A stretch of 63,413 nt of DNA, filler included, from Stramenopiles sp. TOSAG23-3 (GCA_900128585.1; 6 parts of 6 records of this genome joined end to end with filler, not necessarily neighbours in it); one strand, 5' to 3'. Counted from the whole stretch's first letter, positions 22,972-36,200 are shown. Translations and numbers: made by a program. Notes: a model not told the origin generated them from the sequence alone.

Positions 22972-25900
22972 ATGCGCACGGGCCAAATGTTGTTGGGCGT
23001 AGTCGCGTTTTTTGTTGCTATTGCATTCGCGTCGTCCATTGAAAGTGATGCAAAAGCGGAAGTGCATACACTGTTGAGGAACGGGCCATCGTCCAACGTG
23101 TTCGATATTGTCCTGTTGGGGGAGGGCTATACGGAGTTGGAAACGGCAAAGTTCAAAAAAGATGTCGCACGTGTCGTTCAGGAAGGGTTTGGGCCAGACG
23201 GGTTGTATTTTTCTATCAGTCCTTTCTTAAACATACACAGCGTGAGTACACCGTCAAGGAATTCTGGGGTTGGTATGGAAGGAAGCCCAAAAGATACCGC
23301 GTTTCGACTTTTCAGGGAAAAGGGGACTCTGCGCAGCATTTTGCCCACGGACGAGGACAATTTTTCGTACAACAAAGCTCTTGGGCTTTGCAAACAGTTT
23401 GCCCCTGGGTGCGACATTGCCATCGTCCTGGTCAACGACCCTTTTTATGGTGGGCTGGGCGACGAGGTGGCCATCATCAGCGCTTCTAAATCGTCGGGTA
23501 TGATAGCGATGCGCCACGAACTCGGCCACATTTTTGCCGACATTGGGGAAGAATACGATGGGGGAGAGGATTATAGCGGCCCAAATTTTGCCGAGACGAA
23601 CAGGATTTGTACAGAAACAGACAAGCCCAAGAAGAGTGCAGTGGACTTGGGCGGCGGGCAAATCGTACAGCGGGACATCTGGCCCTGCATTCCTTGGTCT
23701 CACTGGCTCTCCGATTCCTCCAAAAAGACGGAGGTCACCCCGCAGCCTTCGCAGATGCTATTTATGGATCACCCCTGGGCCTCCATAGAGACGGCCCCAT
23801 TCCGCGGCAAGTTCTCTTCCAGGGGCGCCGAAAGGCTTCGGGTAGAGTTCAGTATATCTGGTGCCGCAGGCCCCGGGGAGCTCGTATTAAAATTAGATGG
23901 GAACGTTTTCAAGCGGTTTACTTTGCCAGAAAACAACGACAGAGTGTTCTTTCACGCGGAATCGGATCGATTGCCTTTGGTAAACGGTGCTCACAAATTT
24001 TCGCTCACGATGGCCAAGGACCTTCGAAGCGCAGAAGAATCCGTCAAGCTGCCTCGCCATGGACCGTCAACTATCTGCCATTTAGGGATATGGGAATATT
24101 ACAAAAACTTTGAAAAGACCACGGGCTTTGTGGGCGCGTATCCTGTCTACCAAAAGCCTGGAGTACGTCTTGGATATAGACCTACAGACAATTCTTGTTT
24201 GATGCGATCCATGGAGTCCGAACGCCTGTGCCCAGTGTGCAACGAACGGATCTGGCAGCGTTTATCGGAGCGAACGAATTTGATAGAAAACGTCGTGGTT
24301 CAGGGGAAAAGGATAAAGGTAAATACTTTACCGTTTGGTACGATTAGAAAGCCAAAGATTCTTCCAGGAGAAAATGTGTGGATCAAGTTGAACCGTTGCA
24401 AGGGCAGCAAAGAAGGTTCAAAGGCCCACATCGTTGAAGATGAGTTCGAAATCACCGTAGATCTGGCGACCGGTTGCTGGGAAGTGCACGTGCAGGTCGT
24501 CTCTGCCGAGGTTAGGAAAGGTTTTATTGGATCGTCTGGAACGTTTATCGTCCCAAGTGATGTGAAGCCTGGCAGTGCTATTGCTGTGACACCGTTGAAA
24601 ATGAAAGAGCGCGTTGCACCAGACTCAAAACCAGTGCCGAGTTCGCACAGCACGAACTCAGAGGCAAAAGGGAAAGCTGAAGTGGAAAAACGAAAACATT
24701 CCAAACAACAGCGTATCGCAAGTGGGGCGGACAAGAAATTAGACCGCGCGACACCGCAACAGGGTGAAATGGGTCCAAGCCCAGCACATGGAAGGGAACT
24801 TGAAACGAAACTAGGAACGAAACATGTTCGTACTCACCAGCCCGCATATGCTCGGAAATCCAATATGGTTTCAGTGCTTGTGGTCGATTTATCGTACGTA
24901 TGTGGCAGTGTACTTCTTTATTGTTGTTCATCCGTCGATATTCGCAAAAGGCTGCGCAGGCGATTTTTGGTCTGGACATTTCTGTTGGCAACGATACACT
25001 TCGCCGTCAGTTTCTCTAACCCCACGATGTCTTCCAGAGTAGAACGCACAAACGGCAATACCGTGGGCGAACGCACGCAAGACGAAGAGATCCGGACTAA
25101 AGTGCACCCAACCATCGACAACGTGGCCATCAATGTTTCGAAAGGGCAGGCACACCAAAGCAAAACGGGAGCGATGCCCTCAGACCCAGGCCCTCTCGTG
25201 CCAACAACGCCCGTTTCATCGAACACCGAGAAAGCCAGCCCAGAAAAGACGGGCGCTGGACCAAAACCAAATACTCCTAAAGAAGCAGGCAGTAAAGCCC
25301 CGGCGATGAGCCCTAAATCATGCAGAAGTGAACGTTACGGCAAGGATTATGCTGTTGACGACGGTGGCTACATTTGTCCCCGGTTTATGCTTGAGTTTAC
25401 CAGTGGGTGTTGCCCCCGGGCTTCGAAGAAGGGAATGCTTCGAGCCACTAAACTGCAACCGTCGAAGCGGTACCAGTGCGATCGCTGCCACCAGCGGATG
25501 CAATGCTGCAAGAACTACGAAATGTGCGTATCTTGCTGCATGGGCCAACCTGAAATGCAATCTTTAAAATCTAAAACGAGACGGCTTCTGGCCCCTGTCC
25601 CGTTAGTATACAACGGCCTGAAAATATTCAAATCCCCAGACTGCGGGAGCAGTGACCCTTTCCTCAAGTGCAAATGCCGCTGCCGCACCCACAGTCAGCT
25701 GACACGGCACGAAAACTCATACGAGTCGCCGTGGCATTTTTGTTACCATAAAACGCCACCAAAGCGTGACCCACCAGTGCTTTTTGCAGGCGATGTTGGA
25801 GAGTCGTGCGATCATGTTTGTAAACGACACGATGACAAAGTGTGCGAGGATCATGACTTGATTGCCGTCAACACGTGCGAAAACCTACGGAGTAAATTTC

Positions 25901-26073
25901 CGTGCGCAGGCGACAAGTGCGAAAAAAATCACGGGAGCGACCAGCCAGCGATGTCAATAAAGGGGAACGCTTGCTATATAAACACAAACACACAGTACAT
26001 TAGCTGTTCCGGTGAGCATGAGAGTACTAGGCGATTGTGCCCGTGTCGAAAGAGATGGGGCCCCCCGAACTGA
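22972..26073 (+). CDS. Fusion protein: signal peptide + peptidase M64 + TM segments + SPRING1/UPF0454-like domain + MGAT5-C-terminal-like Cys-rich domain
   Basis: M64: NGPSSNVFDIVLLGEGYT, YGGLG, HELGH..ADIGEEY, CLMR..LCPVC. SPRING1-like: DDGGYIC..GCC..YQCDRC..CC..YEMCVSCC..CRT.S...HENSY..FCY. End: GESCDHVC..CE..NTCE..DQPA..SCSGEH..RRLCPC. Confidence 0.8.
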   Translation: MRTGQMLLGVVAFFVAIAFASSIESDAKAEVHTLLRNGPSSNVFDIVLLGEGYTELETAKFKKDVARVVQEGFGPDGLYFSISPFLNIHSVSTPSRNSGVGMEGSPKDTAFRLFREKGTLRSILPTDEDNFSYNKALGLCKQFAPGCDIAIVLVNDPFYGGLGDEVAIISASKSSGMIAMRHELGHIFADIGEEYDGGEDYSGPNFAETNRICTETDKPKKSAVDLGGGQIVQRDIWPCIPWSHWLSDSSKKTEVTPQPSQMLFMDHPWASIETAPFRGKFSSRGAERLRVEFSISGAAGPGELVLKLDGNVFKRFTLPENNDRVFFHAESDRLPLVNGAHKFSLTMAKDLRSAEESVKLPRHGPSTICHLGIWEYYKNFEKTTGFVGAYPVYQKPGVRLGYRPTDNSCLMRSMESERLCPVCNERIWQRLSERTNLIENVVVQGKRIKVNTLPFGTIRKPKILPGENVWIKLNRCKGSKEGSKAHIVEDEFEITVDLATGCWEVHVQVVSAEVRKGFIGSSGTFIVPSDVKPGSAIAVTPLKMKERVAPDSKPVPSSHSTNSEAKGKAEVEKRKHSKQQRIASGADKKLDRATPQQGEMGPSPAHGRELETKLGTKHVRTHQPAYARKSNMVSVLVVDLSYVCGSVLLYCCSSVDIRKRLRRRFLVWTFLLATIHFAVSFSNPTMSSRVERTNGNTVGERTQDEEIRTKVHPTIDNVAINVSKGQAHQSKTGAMPSDPGPLVPTTPVSSNTEKASPEKTGAGPKPNTPKEAGSKAPAMSPKSCRSERYGKDYAVDDGGYICPRFMLEFTSGCCPRASKKGMLRATKLQPSKRYQCDRCHQRMQCCKNYEMCVSCCMGQPEMQSLKSKTRRLLAPVPLVYNGLKIFKSPDCGSSDPFLKCKCRCRTHSQLTRHENSYESPWHFCYHKTPPKRDPPVLFAGDVGESCDHVCKRHDDKVCEDHDLIAVNTCENLRSKFPCAGDKCEKNHGSDQPAMSIKGNACYINTNTQYISCSGEHESTRRLCPCRKRWGPPN

Positions 26074-26458
26074 GTAACTGCCTTGTACGCGCGTTCCAGT
26101 GGTAAACCATCGCTTTTGTGTGATGCGTACGTACGGTAGACGTGTTTTTGTTCACTCTAAAAAAACTAGCATTTCGTACCTGGGAACTCAACGTACCTGC
26201 CCCCTGGGGACAGAAACGTACCGTATACCGGCACGGTAAAGTCAGATGTACTACAAAGGGGGTAATTCTTACTTTTGTACATTTTTTGCATTAGTGCATA
26301 TCCAGAGTTTTCATAACAAGCAGTTATTTAGAATTATTTTTTTTAAAAATTACCCCCCCGCTCATAATAAAATTAATATTAAGGTACACTTAATATTAAT
26401 GTAAAGGAGTTATGATTAACGAAACATACTCAACTAAAAAATTTTCCACGCTGGAAGT

Positions 26459-29400
26459 TTAAAGGGTGACAGCGACCGTTCGCCGATGGGCATCTTTGTC
26501 CTCGCGAATATGGTGCCTCCGACTTTCGGTGGACATCGCGTAGTGGGGCGTGTTCGATTTATGCAAGCTAAACTCTTTCGGGGGAGACTCGTGCTGGGCT
26601 TTCATAGATTCTAGCAATTCTTTGACTTTGCTTAGGCTCTCAACGGCATCTTCCCTGGTTTTATCGTTTTTATGTTCGTCCAGCTGATCCCGTAATGACT
26701 CCATTTCAATGCGCAGCTCGTCATTGCGTTGTTTGAACTTTGTGACAGTGTTCACTTCGTGCTCCAACTGACGTTCAAGTGCCGATATTTCAACCATGTT
26801 CTTGCGGGTTATGTCCGCCGCTTTGCGAGTATAAAATTCATTCTCAAATTCTTTCAGTTCAAACTCCCTTCTCTCGATCATTGTCAGCCTCATCTCTATT
26901 TCGTGGGCCCGGTGTTCTTTATCCTTGATCTCTTGCTGCATCTCACTGATGCGTGCCATTTCCTCTTCAATTTTAATTTCTTTCGAGCGGACAGCCCCCT
27001 CTCGGCGGGCCAGATCTGCTTTGAAGCTCCTCACTCTGTTTCGTTCCTCTGATGTTTCTTCTTTTATTTTTTATACACGCCTCAAATTCTCCATTTCGAC
27101 CCTTTGCTGTTTGAGGTAACTGCTTTCGACAGCCATTCTAGTCTTGGACCGCTCAATATCGAGAAGCTGCTTTTGCTGAGACTCCAATTTTTCAAAGACT
27201 TCAATTTTTAGTGCTTGCAGTTCCTTTTCTTCACTTCTCCGTTGGGTGTCAGATTTAGCAAGATCCTGCCGCCAGTCGTGCAGCCGCTGCTGCTCTGCTG
27301 CAACTTCCATGGTTAATTTGTCCAGTTCATCCTCTACTTCCGTCTGCCGCTTTTCCCGCTTCACTATATCATCATGGATGCGTTGTATTCGGGTTTCCTT
27401 TTCATCAATATCGTGCATTTTCCGGGTCAGGTCTTCTTCCTTGTAACCTAGATCCAACGTGCGACTGTGGAGCTCTTCCGCATTCATCCTGTGCTCCTTT
27501 TGCGATCGTTTGTTTTCCTCTATTGTTTTCTTTACCGTTTCCAGCTCAACCACCAATTTCTTTGAATTCAAGGACGCTTTGCGCAGCAACGCCTGCCTAA
27601 TGACGCGTTGGATTGCTGTCGCGGAGTCCACCTTCATGGACTTAACATGCAAATCGTGCTCCTTGGCCCGCAGCCCTGCTTCTTTCGCAGAATTTTTCTC
27701 CTGGTCCTGCTGCAATTCAGCGTGTTGCTCTTGCAACGAATTCTCCAGCAGATTTAAGTGCGCCTCTTTCTTTTCAATGTCACTCTCTCTGTGCGACAAG
27801 TCGATGTCACGCTCCAGCGACAAATTTTCATGCTTTTTCAAGGCGACTTCGCGCCTCTCCAAATCCTCTTTGCGCGTACTCGCTTCTAACTTGTCCTTTT
27901 CCAGTAAATCCCTGTGCTTTTGCAGGGTCAACTCTTTGTCTTCTAAATCCCTGTTCCATCTTTGGATTTTTGCTTTTGTTTTGTCAACTTCGGTTTTGAT
28001 AGCATTTAAGTGCTCTAAATCATCGTCTAGTCGTTTCCGCTCAGACACAAAGTTCTCCACTGCTTGCTCGATGGCCGGCCATTGTAGATCTAGGGTGGCC
28101 ACGGACATGCGTCGAGCTTTCCTGGACTTTCTACCTGCGGACGCAAACAACATTTTGGACTGCATAGCCAATACGGCAATTTTTTGCTGCTCGTGAACTA
28201 GTTTAATTGCCTGTTTCTCTGCTTTTAACTTCTCATTTGAGTCCCTCATGGACTCAAGTTCCTCTGCCAACTGTATGTATTTCTCTTTCGAGAGCTTCAA
28301 ATCATCATGGAGCCCTTCTTGCCTTTGCTCGTGTCCCAACACTTGCTGTTCATGCTTGGCCTCCTTCTGCTTTATCTCCTTCACAATATTCGCCACTTCA
28401 GTTTGAGATTCCTTCAACTTCTCGGTAAGTTCATCGTAGTCGTGCAGTTTCGATTGTAACCTTTTGTTTTCCTTTCGAATATCGCCAATTTCCCCACTTT
28501 GCTCAAGGGCATCGTGTCTTAAATCTTCGATGGTCTTTTTCAATTCTTCGTTCTTCTGTTCCACGTCATCGATTTTACCTTCGTAGCGCTCTTGGATACT
28601 TTTTGAATGGTGATAAAATTCGTCCAAATCGCCACTGGATTCCATTTCCTTCTCTTTGTCAGCAAACCAGTTGGCAACGGGATTCGCCTGGGGTTGCTCC
28701 ATGCCCTTTGCTGGTTCTGTGTCGCCAACTTTCGCTAGCGCAATGACCAAGGGCACGGACAAGCGGCGGATATTCTGCCATCCATTTCTCTTCCTCGATT
28801 TTCTGTCCGCCCTCTCTTGCTTTCTTTTCTCGTAGACATGGCTCACCTGGTCAACAGCATTCTTGACCAACTTTTCGACTTCCGCGTTGCCTTCCGTCTC
28901 CTTCATTAGCACGTCCAGCACGTACTCCCATTGGTTATCGATATCATCGCCGGCAGATCCCCCCATAAATATGTCTTGCATTGATTCCAACCTTTTCTTT
29001 AGAAGCTTTCGCTCGGAATCCACGGCCTGAAACGCAACGTTGTCCAGAAGCTGTTTGTTTTCCTGCAAATCGTGGGTGAGCTGTTCCACCGTATGCTCCA
29101 GCTCTTCATCGTGCTCATGCAGCAGCTTTACTTCTCTAAGAAGTTCTTCGTCGCGCATTTTAACAGCCGACATTTCCTCTTTCAGCCGCATGCATTCTAA
29201 CTTGTACATTCTCAGGGCGTCCGCCTTCGAGCGCTTGCCGCCTTTGGACTTGTTTTGGATTTTTTTGCAAAGTTGTCCGAATTTTAAAGAGCTGACCGAC
29301 TCTGCTGTGTGCATAGGGGCCGGGGTCATTGCTATGGCGACGGCGGTGTAGCTATTCCCGCCCAAGGAATGCTTCAATATACGAGTCAATTTGCTGTTCC

Positions 29401-29764
29401 TGTAGGGGACGTGGGATTGGTCCCCCAATCCAAGTTTTGATATGACGTCCCCCAGGGCCAGCAAACTTTTGTTGATTGCCGTTCCTTCTTTCAGAGTTTT
29501 CCCCTTGGCTTTCGTGTTCTTTTGTCTTTCGGACCCCGCGAGATCGACCAACGTTAAAAAGCAATAACTCTTTTCCGGCTCATAGCCAGAGGAACCGAAA
29601 CTATGAAATTCTTCCTCCCCTCCGTTTTCTTGCATGTTGTTGAATTCTTTGATAATCTTATTTTCCCGTTCCACACGTTCCCTCGAGGCAACACTTTCTA
29701 TTACTATTCGAAAGACTGTATGGGATCGACTACTCCTAGCGTTCATCTGCGTGCTAGCAGTCTG
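26459..29764 (-). CDS. Kinesin (kinesin-7/CENP-E-like), 5'-truncated, long coiled-coil tail with an IQ-like motif and one in-frame TAA
   Basis: Switch I MNARSSRSH, switch II LVDLAGSER, HVPYRNSKLTRIL; AIQRVIRQALLR. ORFs 27071-29746 and 26459-27034 are in the same frame, separated only by the TAA at 27071-27073. Confidence 0.85.
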
Positions 29765-29765
29765 G

Positions 29766-29865
29766 NNNNNNNNNNNNNNNNNNNNNNNNNNNNNNNNNNN
29801 NNNNNNNNNTTAATTAATTAANNNNNNNNNNNNNNNNNNNNNNNNNNNNNNNNNNNNNNNNNNNN
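29766..29865. other. Artificial contig linker
   Basis: 44 N + TTAATTAATTAA + 44 N. Confidence 0.97.
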
Positions 29866-30212
29866 ATTAGTGCTATGAAATTGCTATTCTTCGCAGTCTT
29901 TTTGAATTCAATTATTTAAAAAATAATCAAGCCTGCTATTCGCATTATAAGAATAATGAGTGTACTGCTACCAAGGTATTTCAAAGTTGGCCATTGGGGA
30001 TCGGGTACCTTCTGGTACTGATGAAGAATTAACATTTGATGACCGGCAACAACTTTGAGCGCTGCCAGAGGTAAAAGCAGAAGTGCTAAAATAGTTACGA
30101 ATGACTTTTCGCGATAACAAAGGTAGTTTTGTTTGTTTCGTCTTTGTCATAAGTGATTCTTTAAATTACTTAGGAACGAGTTGCCGGTAATCGTACTCTA
30201 CTCAGGGAGACC

Positions 30213-33200
30213 ATGCTTACTTCAGCAAAGTCTTTGGCAAGGGCAGCGTTCTGCACCTTTTGCTTTTCTCTACTGGTAAGGAACGACTTCGTCAATGGAG
30301 GAGCGCCTGGTTTTGAACAGGTTGTCGGGGATGTGTCACAAATGCTAAAAAATCTGGCGGATGAGGAGTTGTGTGTTCCGGACATACAAGATTCCTACAG
30401 CAAAGCCACTTACGTGCGCAGTAACGAAGATGGGTCGAACATTTTGGACAAAATTGCGGAGGGGGTCAAAAAGACCGTACAAAGAATATTAATTGATCCC
30501 GTCGAAAGGATAAAGAGAAAGCTTGAAACGCAACTGTCTGCAGAAAATTTTGAGCAGCTGGAAAAAAGAGCAAAGGAACTGTACGACGACGGGCGATGGT
30601 CACCAGACTTCTGTCAAAACTTTCACGCCGAGGCCGAGCCTTACTCCGCCAGCTTCCTCCGCAAAGTGGACTTGACGAAAAGCTGTGCTGGTAACCCGTG
30701 GTATGCGAGAAATGAAACTCTTGAAGACACGCTCCTTTTCCAAGCTGCATTTGATCAAGGTGACATTGATGCAGAATTTAAGGAGAATATGAAGAGCGTA
30801 AAAACGCTGAAGTGGCAATATGTTGGTACCGCAACAGGATACCATCGCTTTTACCCAGCTGCACCTCGCAAGCCGTGGGGCTCGAGCACTGGTCGCTCGA
30901 TTCCTACCGAACAGAGAGACTGGGCAAATATTTTTTTCCTCCTCATTCTACCTGGATTAGTTTTCCACCTTTGGTTTTATAAAATAAAGCCTTACTATGG
31001 CATATGGTTCTTCGTCAAATCAAAGGATGGAAAGAGACTCGTGAAGCAACACTCTCGCGAAAACAGGGAGGGTCCCGACAAAGAAAAGAAAACGATCCGC
31101 AGCAGCCGCGTAGACGGCGCCGACGGGGAGATAGAAGAGAAAGACAGCACTGCCGATATGCATGATCTGGAGAAATATGCGTCACATGATACAACGATTG
31201 AAACAGGTCAGTTGTATAGCCGGCGCTTCATTGCTTACATTGCACTGGCACAGTTCTGGCTAACGTATGTTCCGTTTACGGTAACCCTGCTTGTTGGGTT
31301 CAAAACGACTCCTCAGTCCGACGGCGAGTTTGTTGATAAGTTTGGTGCAGTAAATTTTGAAACCATGGGACCGTTGTCTGGAGGACTGGTGGCAATTATT
31401 GTACTATGGGTTCTGGCAGTTATAGGACTAATATGCCAAACATTATTTATCTACAGCCAAGTGAACCAAATTGTTCGGGAACAGAATGATGACGATGGCG
31501 ACGAAGAGTCCAACGCCAAAAAAGGATTTGGGAGGAAATGTTCTTCGTATTTTTTCTTTGGTGTTGTAATTCCCTACATCTTGATGCATTTATCTTTATA
31601 TTTTCTAACTGATATCGATGCGTATGACCCGCGGACAAGGCCGTGGTACGTAAAAGCTGCGGGGGAGCCGAAGGACATGGTAATCATCATTGACTCCAGC
31701 GGATCTATGATGGAGCATGATCGAATGAAATATGCAAAAGCGGCAGCAAAAAAGGTGTTGACAACATTAAACGAGGATGACCGTGTGGCAGTAATTTCAT
31801 TCGCAACAGAAGCCCATTTCCCGGGTGTGGAATTTGTGACCGAAATAGAAGCTGCCAGAAAGAAAGGTGAGGGCGATCAATTTAACGATCGTGAAATTAG
31901 AACTCGTATGGAACGCCAGGAAAAAATTAGCCAAAACCCGTTTGATTTCACGTGTACTGACGGCCAGCACAAACGGATGGCTCCTGCAAATTACCATAAT
32001 AAGGAATTCTTTATGGATTTTATCGAGGGTATAAAACCAAGCGGGAGAACGAACTACATTGCTGCGTTCCGTGCAGCATTTGAATATTTAAATACTAGGC
32101 CCAATAATCATATTACACCGCGAAAGTCCGCTATTGTTTTCCTGACAGATGGTGCACCCACAGAACCTCACAAATCTGGAAAGAGAGAAGACTACGTTTT
32201 AAAGAATTTCAAAGAGGCGAAGAAGGTGCTGAACGAGTTGCGTGCGACAATGCAAAATCCACCTCATTTATTTACCTACGTGTTAGGCTCTGACATGAGT
32301 GAAGAGGAGCGCGTACAGCTGTCTGACATTACAAACATCCCCAAATTTATTGATGATGGTGACGTCGGAGATTTGATGGTGAGTATGGGAACTTACTATG
32401 AACAAGCGGACTACTTGTACGACTCCAAAACTGCGAAAACAGTTATGACCCTTCCCTATTATGATTATGATGGCCTAGGAGTTGTATTGACGGCAGCAGC
32501 GCCAATATTTCGCAACGTGGGGAATTTTAAAAATGTTACTGCAATTGCCTCCGAACAAGAACGATATGTTGGAGTTGTAGGAATAGATATGGCAGTAGCA
32601 GACATATTTAAGGATTTAGTGGATTCCACTCGGCATGGAAAGCGATCGTTTGCTTTCTTGATTGATTTCAGTGGTAGAGTTTTGTACCACCCCAACTTGC
32701 CGTCCCCGGAACAAAACACAGGTAATCAGCCTAAATTTGTGGACATTCAAGATTTATTGATCGTCCAATCGTGCTCTGGGGTGCATTCAATCTGGAACAA
32801 CACTGGTGGTGTTGATACCACAATGGTTAACTCGATTCGAACCGGTATGATGAGTGGGGGGTCCGGTTCACAGCGTTTAAAAATGACTATGTTGTACCCC
32901 AGAGGTGGCGCCTCGGAAGGAGCTAGTTCTGCCACATTCTGTGGGAAATTGCATTGGAAAAGAATCGATAATGCCGAATTTTCTCTTGGGTTCTTCCTCG
33001 AGGATGAAGACGCGACGCGGTATATTATTCCGGTGGATTCAGTAACACACAAAGAAACGACGAAGTACTTAGAAAGGGACACCGATTACTACCATCGCAT
33101 CGATGTCGTGCCATCTCCAGGCGCATATTTTGAGGACGGGTTCCCAGCCTGCGATGGCTTTTACGTTCAAGTTAACGCCTCGTTTAACGAAAGTTGCTGG

Positions 33201-36200
33201 AAGCTAGCCGCTTCGTCGTTTCAAAATTCTTATTATTATATACAGGAAGGCGACGAAGACAGAGGCAAGCCTTTAAAGGACCGGATAGAGAGAGTCAAAA
33301 CGTTGAATCGGTTGATAAACTCAGACGACACGAAATCAAAGCTTGACTTTGGAAAGATCGCCAGGCCTAGAGTTCGTGAAGACATATTTTTGACTCGAAA
33401 GGTCGAATCATGCTGGTTATCAAGAGTTGATCGTACTGTGGAAGGGACCAAGAGGGGGATAAACAGATACATTGGTACGGAAAATGGGGTTTTTAGGCAA
33501 TTGCCCTGTGCCCCACTCTCAAGATATTACGATCCTAGGAAACGACCGTGGTACATGCGCAGTTCGGAATACCCAAATTGGTATGCACTAAGCACTTACA
33601 TCGATGCGTTTTCCGGTAACCCGGTGACAACTTTGAGTAAGGGAATAATGCATAACCAAACTGTAAAGGCTGTTGCAGGGATAGATGTCAGCGTCGAGGC
33701 AATCGCTAAAATATTTCAAGTCGCTCTTCAACGTATTACTAACGAGGAATGGAAAACATTTTATGTTGTTGATCTTAGTGGTGCTTTGATTTATCATCCA
33801 GATATCGTTCAATTCAAAAGCTTGCTTAGCTCCACAGGATCGCCTCATTTGTCTAAACTTACAGGGGATAATGAGAAATGCCTGTCTGATCTGCTTGGCT
33901 GGGAAACAAGCATTTGCAAAGATTTATCATCGATGAAATACTTTGAGACGTCACAGTTAACTGGTGGGCTAGTGGGTTTGAGGGTGAGAGAAACACTAGT
34001 TGCCCAACGTATTCCAAATTCCAATGCTGTGTTGATAGTGAAAAAGAATAACATGGATTGTAAGATTCTGGAGGATAACACTATAACACAGGATGAAAAA
34101 TTTAGAAATTACTTTTGCAAAGACCCACCCTGCAAGGTTGTTGAAAAGCTGGATGCCTGCTCTAACAATGTCATTCCCTGGAAGAGCTGCTCCGGCGCAT
34201 GCCCCGTACCTTACGCAGGTGAGTACCAGACAATATACTATGATGGTGGCACTTCTCCGGAAGTAAAACAATTTATAGATAGTGGCAAATGGGGCAAAAC
34301 GGTACGATTTGACGTACACAAAGGTTCAGATGGCAAGGGACAGTCCCGGTACATATTTTATAAACCGAGCGATAATACTGATCAGTCAGGTAAGGTACGT
34401 TTCGCCTCGCCATATTCTTGTAATACTCAGAAAGGAGACTGCTTTGTGCAAGGTTCAACAGCACCCACGCGGCAAATAGTCCGCATGTCTGGGGTATGCC
34501 CGCAGCAGGTTCCCTCTGCAGGTAATTTTAAAGAAGAAATGAACCTTTGGTATTTCCCATGCATCAGCCTGTATTGGATAATAGCCATTTTCTTATTCGT
34601 TTCGGCCATATATTTCTTGGCTGTAAAGATTCGACGTGGAAACACAACGGTCAAGAAGCACATGTGGTGCTATTTTGCGCTGTTACTTTCTCCGGTTCTT
34701 TTGTGCTGCGCTGCCATTCAAATGTTTATGGTCGGCATAATATGGATTTCCCCTGTGGAGTACGACAAGTGGAAAGAAGAATTTTTTGATCCAAAAGGAA
34801 AACGGAGCGGTCGAACAGTCACTGAGCACTTTCTAGTTACTCCTAAATATTTTTGCGAATCTTTGTTGCATTTATTTTTAGTTCCAGCTTATATTTTGGG
34901 GACGGTCATAATTTCATCGAGCTCGATTTTACCCCCTCACTTTGCTAAGAATTACAGGGCATTTGTCAGAAACCTTGAGGCAAATGAAGAAATGGACCGG
35001 GAAGACCGGTGGATGAAATTTATCCCGGTGCATACGTATGTTGCTCTCAAAGATTGGTTCCTTTTTATATTATTCCCTGTTATTTTTGCATGGGTTGTCC
35101 TTGAGTTTGTTATGCTCTTGTCGTTGGCAATAATGGATTCCTACTTGTTTTCTTTGGCATGCGATGAACTTGGACCGGGGCAAGACCGTGCTGCGTTTGT
35201 CCTGAAGATGATCCGTTCCTTTCTTTCTGCCATTTATGGAGACGAAGAAGACCCCAAAAAGCATGTGTCTGAGCTGTTTTTGGTAATTCCAAAATATTTC
35301 GTTTTATCAATATTTGCTTTCGTATGGAAAACTTTTGAATTACCGATGTTTGCAGTGATACTTATTACAGGGCTACATGCAAAACGATGCTACCGAAAAA
35401 TGTTTGGGCTGTGGCAAGGCTACTACAGCTACTATGAACGATGGTACACTGTTGTTCCTACCCAATTTACGTGTCTAACGATTGATATAATAGCGCTATG
35501 CTTCGTCGTCTTGCCTTTAATATTGGGAGCATCGGTTGCTTTGCTAATATGGATACTAGTCGAAGTATTTTTAATGTGTCCTGTAATAGGCCTTTCTTAT
35601 GCTCCTGGTGGAGCATACTATTTAGATGATGTGTGGGAAAAAATAATGGAAACACCTGACGAACAAGAAACTCACGGCAAAGTTGAAAAACGCTCTATCA
35701 CCATTGAGATGAACAAGATGGAGGGTAAAACAAGCGAAGATGCAGTAGAAGATGTTAACAAAGGCGAAAATGAAGTGGATGATGCTTGGCTCGGTGTGAT
35801 TTTGCGAAAGGATTTTGCTAATAATGCCGTTGTAAGAGAAATTTACGCGAAGTGCAATAAGCATGAAACGGAAACCATAAAGAGGCTGAAGGATTTGAAT
35901 AAGTTCGTATTAGTCAGTGGCGACATTTGGAAGTCCTACAAAAAGTGGTTTTGCAATATTTTCTACAAGGCTACCATGGTTATCCCGTATTACTTCTACT
36001 TGGCCCTAAAACAGAACGCTGTGTTTTTTTTGAATTGTCTTCAATTCATTGTTGCAATGCCTATGTTCGTGTGCATCCTTTTTCCTTCTCCGGGAGAGTT
36101 GGTTTTTTTTGGGGCGTTTGGTACGGACCTTACTGTAGCATTGTGCTGGCAAGATTTAACTGCATATTGGAAAACAGATAAGACGGGTGAAGAAAAAGAG

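Noticed and set aside
27071-27073. Stop-codon reassignment (TAA as sense)
   Set aside because: Many genes in the window end at TAA at the expected C-terminus (e.g. V-ATPase C, SLC25, JmjC).
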